DNA of 64,000 nt, from the IMG/VR virus record IMGVR_UViG_3300025162_000052, positions 3,309-67,308 of that record; one strand, 5' to 3'. Positions 1-7,709 of this stretch are shown one piece after another (within the stretch, counting starts at the first letter, position 1; each line of letters opens with the position of its first letter). Below the pieces are notes generated by a model, which saw only the letters and a list, made by a program, of their open reading frames with translations, was not told the DNA's origin and did not search any database. The DNA comes from a virus. A program made the translations under genes and the position numbers.

Positions 1-545
1 TCACAATGTTTATAGCCTGCTATGAAAGCATCTGAAATAGTATCTTTTAAATAATACCTTGTTTCTTGATTACAACATGAAATTTCAACATCTTCATATT
101 GTTTAGCAACTTCTTCTAATGTTTCATTAATTGAAGTTTTTTTTGAAATAGGTTTTAGAATAACTGTATCTACATAATGAGTAGTGAAATTCATTAGTTC
201 TAATTCATAAGCATAATCATCTCTTTTTTGAATACTTTTGAATTTATCTATTTTAGTATCACTTGCTCTGTAATAACTATGTATTTCATAAATAAACTCA
301 ACTTCAACTTCTTTACCTACCATATCATCACTTGCATTAGTGATTTGTGGTAGTGGTAATGAGGGATTAGTAGAACAAATGATTTTATCTCTATTAAGAT
401 TAACATCATGTCTTAATAATGTACCTTCACATGAATATACTTTATTTACATAAATATTATTCTCAATTAACCAATCATTTTTTCTTATTTCTGCTTTATC
501 ATCTATTACATAGTAATAGTCTGATATTTTAATTAGTTTCTTCAT
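1..545 (-). CDS. hypothetical phage protein (partial, runs off window start)
   Basis: Not in the ORF track. Open frame from ATG at 545: MKKLIKISDYYYVIDDKAEIRKNDW...ETLEEVAKQY...DAFIAGYKHC, with no stop before position 1. Confidence 0.8.
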   Translation of the reverse strand, partial: MKKLIKISDYYYVIDDKAEIRKNDWLIENNIYVNKVYSCEGTLLRHDVNLNRDKIICSTNPSLPLPQITNASDDMVGKEVEVEFIYEIHSYYRASDTKIDKFKSIQKRDDYAYELELMNFTTHYVDTVILKPISKKTSINETLEEVAKQYEDVEISCCNQETRYYLKDTISDAFIAGYKHC

Positions 546-654
546 ATCTATATATATATTTATAAGTTTATATTCATTTTAACTATAACAATTTAGTACT
601 ATTTCTAGTAGTCTCTTATACTACTTAAAAGTATGTTATTTTATAAGAGATTTT

Positions 655-773
655 GTGTGTTTAAATTTTAACATTAATAATAACTTTTACTAACTGGTAG
701 GCTCTTATCCCTACTAAGATATTTCAGTCATTATTACCAAGCTACTAACTTAATAGTTTTCTATTAAACACAC
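655..773 (-). ncRNA. intergenic multibranch RNA structure
   Basis: Perfect 10-bp inverted repeat GTGTGTTTAA 655-664 / TTAAACACAC 764-773. It encloses an 11-bp stem (with a G-U pair on the minus strand) and a GTAGG/CCTAC hairpin. Confidence 0.45.
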
Positions 774-789
774 TGGGATTTCAACCAAT

Positions 790-996
790 TTATTTACTTT
801 CAGGAACTAAATAAAAATCACTTTCTCTTATTGCTAATAAGACATTATTGTATTTTGTAGTATCTATTTCATGTATATTATTTGTATCCCAAGCATAACT
901 ATCAGCTATTTTAATAGCTTCTTCTTTTGTATTAGCATATACAATACATGCTCCTAAATTATAATTTGTTTGATAACCGAATATAAACGTTTTCAT
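790..996 (-). CDS. small hypothetical protein
   Basis: ORF track 790..1041; the likely start is MKTFIFGY at 996. Contains an IVYANTKEEA motif typical of small phage proteins. Confidence 0.75.
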   Translation of the reverse strand: MKTFIFGYQTNYNLGACIVYANTKEEAIKIADSYAWDTNNIHEIDTTKYNNVLLAIRESDFYLVPESK

Positions 997-1015
997 TGTA
1001 TATAATTTTATAAGG

Positions 1016-1129
1016 TTATTTACTATAATCAATACTACCACTTTTTCCTTTAGTAGTATTAGCTGTCTCTTTAACAGCTTTTTTGATTTTCTTTTTTTGT
1101 ATTAGTTTTGATGTCTCTCGTGTTGGCAT
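1016..1129 (-). CDS. 37-aa basic peptide
   Basis: MPTRETSKLIQKKKIKKAVKETANTTKGKSGSIDYSK*. AT-rich leader; fills the gap between neighbouring genes. Confidence 0.5.
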   Translation of the reverse strand: MPTRETSKLIQKKKIKKAVKETANTTKGKSGSIDYSK

Positions 1130-1159
1130 ATTAATTTAATTATTAATTGTTAATAATAG

Positions 1160-1257
1160 TGGCATATAGTAGAATCGAACTACCTATACATTTAAGTTTT
1201 CCTGTATCCAATGTCATAAAACTATTAGCTATTTAGTTCTCTATTGGAATATATGCC
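1160..1257 (-). ncRNA. tRNA-like element (acceptor stem plus T-arm, non-tRNA core)
   Basis: Minus strand: GGCATAT/ATATGCC 7-bp acceptor stem with discriminator A; T-arm GGTAG-TTCGATT-CTACT. The interior is a long TCCAAT...ATTGGA stem plus a TACA/TGTA hairpin instead of D and anticodon arms. Confidence 0.65.
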
Positions 1258-1267
1258 GAATTAAGCT

Positions 1268-1540
1268 TTATTTTACTATTAAATTATACCATTGTAATTC
1301 TTTTATGTTTTTATTCCAATATTCAGAATCTTTTCTTGTAACTAATCCTATTTTATTATCGTACATATATTCGTATAAAGGAATAGTTATAATTTGTTCT
1401 GTAGATTCTTTTGTTTCTTCTATAAAATAACTATTATAATGTATTATACAAGGAACTCCTTTATATAATCCAATAGTCTTACTGTTTATTGGTGGTAATA
1501 ATTTAGTACATTTTACTAAGTTTTTCTTTAAAAGTCTCAT
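1268..1540 (-). CDS. hypothetical protein
   Basis: ORF track 1268..1576; the likely start is MRLLKK at 1540. Confidence 0.65.
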   Translation of the reverse strand: MRLLKKNLVKCTKLLPPINSKTIGLYKGVPCIIHYNSYFIEETKESTEQIITIPLYEYMYDNKIGLVTRKDSEYWNKNIKELQWYNLIVK

Positions 1541-1571
1541 ATTATATAAATTTAAATTGTTAATATTAAAA

Positions 1572-1932
1572 AACAAACTCTTCTACCTTCTAAGTAAGGT
1601 AGTAGTGATATGAACTGACTTTTCACAACTCTATGGTTGGTATAACATCCAGTTTGCATGCTGCCTTCTCACATGGCATATCACTATCATTTTAAAACAA
1701 CAACTATCTTAGTAGTTTGATTAATTATAAGAATCTCTTCTTGTAAGTCTAATTGACTGTAATTTCTACAGGTTTTCTTACCTAATTATTAATCAAACTT
1801 AGTTGTAAATGTTTAACATTTAGATATTACTCTATCTCTATAGAGTGTACATGGTTGAGAATGGCTAATATAGCTATACTTACATCTCCTTGCTCCATTA
1901 GTAATATCTGTTTTAATTTGAAAGAGTTTGTT
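1572..1932. ncRNA. large (~360 nt) structured non-coding RNA candidate
   Basis: Closing stem 1572-1582/1922-1932 (11 bp). Nested perfect stems: 1583-1589/1596-1602, 1603-1612/1677-1686, 1714-1725/1788-1799, 1822-1831/1900-1909. No ORF in the track. Confidence 0.6.
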
Positions 1933-2049
1933 ATATTATTATTAAACATAGGCGATACTCAGACTATAGAATCATGTGCGCACATTATCTAATTTCTATC
2001 AGTATGTAGTCTGTGTATAACTTTTACCTATGTAAATAGATATTTTATT

Positions 2050-2126
2050 TAACGATATACGGAATCAACCGTTATCCTTACTCTTATTAGGAGTACGAGC
2101 TAAAGTTATATATGCTCCCTATCGTG
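2050..2126 (-). tRNA. degenerate tRNA / tRNA mimic, anticodon AAT (Ile)
   Basis: Cloverleaf on the minus strand: acceptor ACGATA/TATCGT, D-stem GAGC/GCTC, anticodon arm TACTC-CTAATAA-GAGTA, T-arm ACGG-TTGATT-CCGT. It lacks the D-loop GG, the T-loop C56 and an encoded CCA. Confidence 0.6.
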
Positions 2127-2282
2127 TTTATATATCTATTATATAAATTAATATGATAAATTTCAGCTCTCTATATAAGGATTAACCTTTGTTATCTGTT
2201 CACATGAACATTACTTGTGGTAATAACAGCAGCACTTTATTATCATATTATAGTATTAATTATATGCATTGGTAGAGGAATA

Positions 2283-2314
2283 CAAAATTAATAAATTATA
2301 TTTAATCTACCAAA
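2283..2314 (-). promoter_or_regulatory. Bacteroidota primary-sigma promoter (leftward)
   Basis: Minus strand TTTG-N20-TAATTTTG matches the -33/-7 consensus TTTG-N19-21-TAnnTTTG. Confidence 0.65.
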
Positions 2315-2542
2315 TTAGTGGTATAGAAATTAGTAGTAAAGTTAAATTGATAATATGTCCGATAATGGAAATATCGAGATTACCAAATTAATATACTACA
2401 ATTTATAAAATAATGATTAATAGTTAATTAGAAGGACAAATGTATAATGTAGTTTACAATGTAAGTAAGTAAACTTGACATTATAAGTAACACATAATTG
2501 ACATAGATTCTTGGTGATGTAAATAATACTTTACTATGACTG

Positions 2543-2695
2543 CTGTAACTATCTGATACTGCTAAAGAGAGTCCTTCTCTTTATAATTTTTCAACTCTCA
2601 GTGAAGTTTACGTAACGTTGAGAGTTTTCGAATGAAAATGAGAATATTTCGTCTTAATTTTCAAAGACTCGTCAGAGGTTTTAGTTTATATTAGC
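2543..2695 (-). ncRNA. hammerhead ribozyme candidate (type I topology, large stem III insertion)
   Basis: CUGACGA (2675-2669), then stem II GUCUU/AAGAC, then GAAA (2650-2647). Stem III AUAUU pairs with AGUAU, giving an AUC cleavage triplet at 2557-2555. Stem I is AG..UAGUU paired with AACUA..CU. Confidence 0.6.
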
Positions 2696-2958
2696 TATTA
2701 TTAATTAATTTGTTAAAATTCATAGTTGTTTTAATAGTTGGAATAGTAGTGTAGGAGTAATAGTCATTTATTACCTTTATCTCATCACTAAACTTAACCC
2801 TTATATTATATATATATTATCTACTATATATAATATACACCTTCGCCTTATAATTGTGTAACGTTATAACTTAAACCCTTTCAAGATCAAGCCATTACAT
2901 AAATTGTCCAACTATGACAACTCTGTCACTCAATTATTTAGCACTATTTTGTCCAATT

Positions 2959-3026
2959 GCTTAATTAACCCTAACCCTTCCCACTTACAACTGTCTGTAC
3001 TTATTCAAATGTTAGGGTAATTAAGC
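2959..3026. repeat. long inverted repeat / hairpin
   Basis: GCTTAATTAACCCTAAC 2959-2975 pairs with GTTAGGGTAATTAAGC 3011-3026 (one bulge). Confidence 0.6.
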
Positions 3027-3030
3027 TTTT

Positions 3031-3068
3031 AAAAGATACACTCCAACTTATAGTGTTAGAGTGTATCT
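3031..3068 (-). terminator. intrinsic terminator candidate after 3075..3473
   Basis: AGATACACTC/GAGTGTATCT 10-bp stem followed by a short T run on the minus strand, just after the stop codon. Confidence 0.55.
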
Positions 3069-3074
3069 AATTTT

Positions 3075-3473
3075 TTAATGTACTAAAGACAAGTCTTCAA
3101 TTGCCTGTTCGGTAGTTTTGGTAACCGGAGTAGCAATTTCATCAATGTTGAATATTTCAGCTTTACCTAATAAGGTTGAGCCTTGTAATACGTCCATTAC
3201 TGAAGCTTCTGCAATTTTACTCCAATTAATTCTTCTTCCGAATGCATCAGCTTCAGCTTCATTGTAGTTAAGTAAATAAGTTTTACCAACTACTAATCCT
3301 GTACGTTGTGCAATTGTACCACTCAAGAATAAACGATTTGGTGCTTTACCCGAAATCACTTTAAGCATTACATTTTGGGCATTGTTTTTATCTGTAGCAG
3401 AGTGTACTTTACCTGCTTTGTCTGTAAACTGGCTACGATTTTCAACTGTAGCTAATACCATTCCTGTTACCAT
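3075..3473 (-). CDS. hypothetical beta-rich protein, first gene of the leftward unit
   Basis: 132-aa ORF with a protein-like composition, followed by a terminator. Confidence 0.8.
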   Translation of the reverse strand: MVTGMVLATVENRSQFTDKAGKVHSATDKNNAQNVMLKVISGKAPNRLFLSGTIAQRTGLVVGKTYLLNYNEAEADAFGRRINWSKIAEASVMDVLQGSTLLGKAEIFNIDEIATPVTKTTEQAIEDLSLVH

Positions 3474-3918
3474 TGTATTTACGGTTTTAATAATTTATTA
3501 ATATAACAGCGTTATTTCATACGCAGAACTTGTCCATAGTTCATCAGAACTTTAGGTATCTTACACAATTGTTATAGGACTGATAACAACTGCTTGCAGA
3601 ACTACCTACATAAAGTCCGGTAATTCATGGGGATTATTGTACTTAGTAAATATATTACTATATTCACTATTCGCGACCCAGTCCCCTGTTTGGTCGTCAA
3701 TGTTGAGGAGTGGTATTTTGTCTAGGTGGTACTTGCTCTCAATAACATATAATTTTATAAAATTTTAAAAATTAATACTATATCATTACTTACAAAATTT
3801 TATAAAAAATTTTTATAGCTACATTACTACTATCTCATCATATACCTTACCACTATCTACATTACTCTATAACACTCAATACTTTCTCATTTTTATAATT
3901 ATAATTGTAGGAAAATTA

Positions 3919-3950
3919 TTTGGTAGTCTCACTTTTTTTAATTATATTTG
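3919..3950 (+). promoter_or_regulatory. Bacteroidota primary-sigma promoter of the rightward operon
   Basis: TTTG(3919-3922)-N20-TATATTTG(3943-3950). Confidence 0.75.
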
Positions 3951-3989
3951 CACATAATTTAAATGATATGTTTAATTAATTTGTTGAAT

Positions 3990-4172
3990 ATGAGGAAATT
4001 GATTATTACGGTTGGCGTGATTAGTATATTTGTAGTTATGTTGTATGGTGTGGCTATTATGATGATAGATAGGGTTAATACTAGGATAGATCATCGTATA
4101 GATAGTTTACAAAAGAGTATAGATAGTGTATTATACATACGTAAATTAGACAGTTTGACACATGGAAAGTAA
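3990..4172 (+). CDS. small membrane-anchored protein
   Basis: Likely start is MRKL at 3990. N-terminal hydrophobic helix followed by a short coiled coil (IDSLQKSIDS). Confidence 0.6.
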   Translation: MRKLIITVGVISIFVVMLYGVAIMMIDRVNTRIDHRIDSLQKSIDSVLYIRKLDSLTHGK

Positions 4173-4220
4173 ATATTATGTACCGGAAATAGATGAATTT
4201 TGTACTGATATTCCACTAAA

Positions 4221-5009
4221 ATGAAAGGTACATTGAAACATAATAACCCACATAAAAAGTCTATAGAATTAGATAAAGAAGGTAAACATTATATAATAGA
4301 GGGTGTTTCATTAGAAAGAGTTACACATTGGTTAGAGCAATATACTAAACCATTTGAGCCTATGAATACAGCTATAGGAGTACGACATTCTCATAAGACA
4401 AAAGGAGAACCATCATTATCTCCAGATAAGTTAGTCCACTACTGGAACTTAAATAGTAAGCGTAGTAATTCTTACGGTACAGGAACACATTGTTTTGCAG
4501 AAATGTATATAATGGATAATGAAAATACTATACCTGATTTACCACGAGAAAAAGCAGTAGTATTATTCTTACAAGATATATTGAAAGATTATAAAGTAAT
4601 AGGTGTTGAGTTAAGAGTGTATTCTAAAAAGTATAAATTAGCAGGTACTATTGATCTACTATTACAACATTCCAGTACAGGAAAATATTTAATAGTAGAT
4701 TGGAAAACATCTAGTAATATAGATAAGACTTATAATAAGTTAAAAGAACCATTTAAATTATTCCCACAGAGTAAGAGAATGGAGTATGAATTACAACTAG
4801 GGGCTTATAAGTTATTGGGTTTCATTGAGTTACCAAACCATCTGATTCTACGAGTTAAACCTGATGAGTTTGAAACATCAAAACTAGTTATATTGAATGG
4901 TAATGGAACATATTCAATAGAATTAGTAAATCATATTCCTGAACAATTGATACAGGAAGAACTTGAAAAACGCGCTGATTATGAAGAAGAAATTAAAGGA
5001 TTACTATAA
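4221..5009 (+). CDS. PD-(D/E)XK exonuclease (RecB/Cas4-like)
   Basis: Motifs GTGTH, E-L-R-V, LAGTIDLL, IVDWKT and QLGAY. Confidence 0.9.
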   Translation: MKGTLKHNNPHKKSIELDKEGKHYIIEGVSLERVTHWLEQYTKPFEPMNTAIGVRHSHKTKGEPSLSPDKLVHYWNLNSKRSNSYGTGTHCFAEMYIMDNENTIPDLPREKAVVLFLQDILKDYKVIGVELRVYSKKYKLAGTIDLLLQHSSTGKYLIVDWKTSSNIDKTYNKLKEPFKLFPQSKRMEYELQLGAYKLLGFIELPNHLILRVKPDEFETSKLVILNGNGTYSIELVNHIPEQLIQEELEKRADYEEEIKGLL

Positions 5010-5392
5010 TGAGTAAAATATTTGATAACCTATCAATAATAAATAAACCATATACATTTGAAGAGTTTAAAACTGTTATGTATAAGAAATATAATAAACC
5101 ACGTAAATTAGGAGGGTTAATAGATGGTAATGGACAAGTTATTGATATTTTTGAAGTCCCAATTAGATACCCTTTATTATTACGAAATAAAGGAATACTT
5201 GAATTAACTAATGATAATTGGTTAGAGTTATATGAACAGTATTTAAGAGAATGGGATCTACAATATAAAACTGTAGAATATTTAAAATGGAGAGACAGTA
5301 TGTTAGATATACCAGCTATAATACAACCAGAGTATTTAGAAATAGATTTACAATACGAAGATCCAAATAATAGACGTAATGGATTATGGTAA
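5009..5392 (+). CDS. hypothetical protein
   Basis: 127-aa ORF, translationally coupled to the nuclease gene. Confidence 0.7.
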   Translation: MSKIFDNLSIINKPYTFEEFKTVMYKKYNKPRKLGGLIDGNGQVIDIFEVPIRYPLLLRNKGILELTNDNWLELYEQYLREWDLQYKTVEYLKWRDSMLDIPAIIQPEYLEIDLQYEDPNNRRNGLW

Positions 5393-5499
5393 ATGAAATA
5401 GATTTAGAAAAAAAAGAATACGAAGGATGTTTATTTATATTAATAGTAATACTAACTATATCATGTTTAATCGGATTAATATATGGATACTTCTTTTAA
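5386..5499 (+). CDS. 37-aa single-TM peptide
   Basis: MVNEIDLEKKEYEGCLFILIVILTISCLIGLIYGYFF*; overlaps both neighbouring genes. Confidence 0.55.
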   Translation: MVNEIDLEKKEYEGCLFILIVILTISCLIGLIYGYFF

Positions 5500-6535
5500 T
5501 TCTAAATTCCTGGTACTCAGTTATTTACCACGCACTGCTTGTCCATTGTATAGACTAATTAATCCATACTCTAAGTTATCATCAATGGGTGTAGGAACAA
5601 AGATATTAGAGTGTGATGGTGATATAAAGATGAGAAAGAGTGATTTTAATGAGTATAAATATATAGTACTACATACAGGATTTTGTAGTTTAGAGTTAAT
5701 TAAACAACTCCATAGTATAGGTAAAATTGTAATAGTAGATAGTGATGATTATCATATATTGCCAGAATATCATGTATTACATAAGTTTTATAAAACATCC
5801 AATACAGATAGAATAAGTAGTGTACTACGAGCAGCAGATATAATAACAACTACTAATGAGTTTTTAGCGGATAAATTAAAAGAGTATAATAAAAATGTAT
5901 TTGTAATACCTAACTTTATACATCAAAGTGAGTATATGTATTTTCCACAAGTACAGGAAAAGGATTATAGTAAATTAAAAATTGCATATACTGGTGGTAC
6001 TTGTCATCGTCAAGATATAGATGTAATTAAAGGATTAAATAGAGAATTAATGAAAAACAGTATAAACTATGAACTACATCTATATGGTAAAGGAAAAAAT
6101 AAAGAGTTTGACCATTATTTTAATTTACTCACAGATAATGGAAAATATGTAGATAATTTAGTATATCATGATTTTGTGGAAACTAAAGATTATTATTCTA
6201 TATTCAATGATTTTAATATAGTATTAGCACCTTTAAAAATTGATACATTCAATAAATGTAAAAGTAATTTAAAATATTTAGAAGCTACATATTTTAAATG
6301 TATACTAGCTGCAAGTAATATAAGTACATATAGTAAGGACATCAATAATGGGCATAATGGAATATTATTTAGTAATATAAAGGAATTAGTGAGTAAATTA
6401 CAATTAATAGAGCATAGACTTAAATTAGTATTACCAGAAATAATAAATTTAGCTGAAGAACAAATAGAAGAAGAATATAATATTAACCAGATAATGGAAA
6501 ATTTTTTAAAACAACTTAACACATGGAGAGTATAA
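5483..6535 (+). CDS. glycosyltransferase, GT-B fold (GT4-like)
   Basis: Motifs YRL..P, DSDD, ADIITTT..L, VIPNF, YTGG..H..D and PL..FNKCKSNLKYLEA. Confidence 0.85.
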   Translation: MDTSFNSKFLVLSYLPRTACPLYRLINPYSKLSSMGVGTKILECDGDIKMRKSDFNEYKYIVLHTGFCSLELIKQLHSIGKIVIVDSDDYHILPEYHVLHKFYKTSNTDRISSVLRAADIITTTNEFLADKLKEYNKNVFVIPNFIHQSEYMYFPQVQEKDYSKLKIAYTGGTCHRQDIDVIKGLNRELMKNSINYELHLYGKGKNKEFDHYFNLLTDNGKYVDNLVYHDFVETKDYYSIFNDFNIVLAPLKIDTFNKCKSNLKYLEATYFKCILAASNISTYSKDINNGHNGILFSNIKELVSKLQLIEHRLKLVLPEIINLAEEQIEEEYNINQIMENFLKQLNTWRV

Positions 6536-7167
6536 ATCCATATATTGCTATTTATACACACAAGGTAAAGGAATATTGTGACAAAGAGTTTTTTGAACAA
6601 CCTGAATTAAAAAAGTATAAGTATTATATAGTAGATAATACCAATGATAATTTAGAGTATTTTAATAAGTTAAAAACATTATATACTAATAATATAACTC
6701 ATATTGATATACCTATTACACCTAAAGAATCATTATTTAGAAGGAATGTAGTAGAATCAGTAAATTATTTACGTAATGATTTTATTAGTAAACCTGAGTA
6801 TGATAATTTTATTATAATAGAAAGTGATTTAATACTTCCTGATAACGGAATAGAAATGTTATATAATAGTATAAGTAAAACTGTTAATTGGGGAATTATA
6901 GGAGGACTATATTATAAAGGATTTCATGATTATAATAAAATAGGAGTACAGCAAACTCATCATGTATTAAGTGGTTGTTCATTGTATAATAGAAAATTAA
7001 TAGAAGATACTGTATTTAGAATAGATGATAGTAATAAAGGAGCATTTCCAGATGCATGGATGAGTGTAGATGCTGGGGATAAAGGTTATAATTTATATAA
7101 TAATCATGATATTAAATGTAAACATTTACATGCTAAAGATGGACATAGAGGATGGAACAAACTATAA
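6523..7167 (+). CDS. glycosyltransferase, GT-A fold (GT2-like)
   Basis: Motifs IVDN, N.LR, IIIESD (DxD-like), GGLY, GCSL, FPD and a C-terminal C.H. Confidence 0.75.
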   Translation: MESINPYIAIYTHKVKEYCDKEFFEQPELKKYKYYIVDNTNDNLEYFNKLKTLYTNNITHIDIPITPKESLFRRNVVESVNYLRNDFISKPEYDNFIIIESDLILPDNGIEMLYNSISKTVNWGIIGGLYYKGFHDYNKIGVQQTHHVLSGCSLYNRKLIEDTVFRIDDSNKGAFPDAWMSVDAGDKGYNLYNNHDIKCKHLHAKDGHRGWNKL

Positions 7168-7709
7168 TTGAGTATAAACCAACAATATTTAATACACCTA
7201 AAAAGTTAATAAAATTAGGTACTGCGTGGGTAGGATTAGAATCTATAATATATGATATACTTGTTAGGTTTAATATAAATACAAATATTGCATTAGAATT
7301 TGGAGTAGAGTGGGGGTTTTCTACAGCAGCATTTGCAAATTATTTTACTCAAGTAGTAGGTGTAGATACTTTTACAGGAGATATACATAGTGGGGTAAAA
7401 CAATGTCATTTAAATAGTACAAAAGAAAATTTAAAAGATTTTGATAATATAGTACTAATAAAAAGTGATTATAAAGAGTTTATAAAAAATAATAAAAATC
7501 GTTATAATTTAATACATGTAGATATAGTTCATGATTATGAACATACTTATGAATGTGGGTTATGGTCAGTTAATCATAGTGATGTGACATTGTTTCATGA
7601 TACAGTATCTTTTAATGATGTTAATAATGCTGTGAAAGATATATGTAAATTAATTGGTAAAACTTATTATAATTATCCAAAACATTATGGATTGGGAATA
7701 ATAGTATGA
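7152..7709 (+). CDS. class I SAM-dependent methyltransferase (Methyltransf_24-like)
   Basis: Motifs LEFGVEWGFST, GVDTF.GD, LIHVD..HDYE and LFHD. Confidence 0.85.
   Translation: MEQTIIEYKPTIFNTPKKLIKLGTAWVGLESIIYDILVRFNINTNIALEFGVEWGFSTAAFANYFTQVVGVDTFTGDIHSGVKQCHLNSTKENLKDFDNIVLIKSDYKEFIKNNKNRYNLIHVDIVHDYEHTYECGLWSVNHSDVTLFHDTVSFNDVNNAVKDICKLIGKTYYNYPKHYGLGIIV

Noticed and set aside
2959-3026. Pistol or theta (HDV-like) ribozyme
   Set aside because: It is a simple inverted repeat; I could not build the required pseudoknots here or downstream of the tRNA-like elements.
3500-3620. Second hammerhead (CUGAUGA at 3547-3541 on the minus strand, with a later GAAA)
   Set aside because: Stem II does not close directly onto GAAA and I find no stem III/UH partner; better explained as two ordinary hairpins.
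541-3960. CRISPR array or mini-array near the Cas4-like nuclease
   Set aside because: No regularly spaced direct repeats; the repeats found are inverted.
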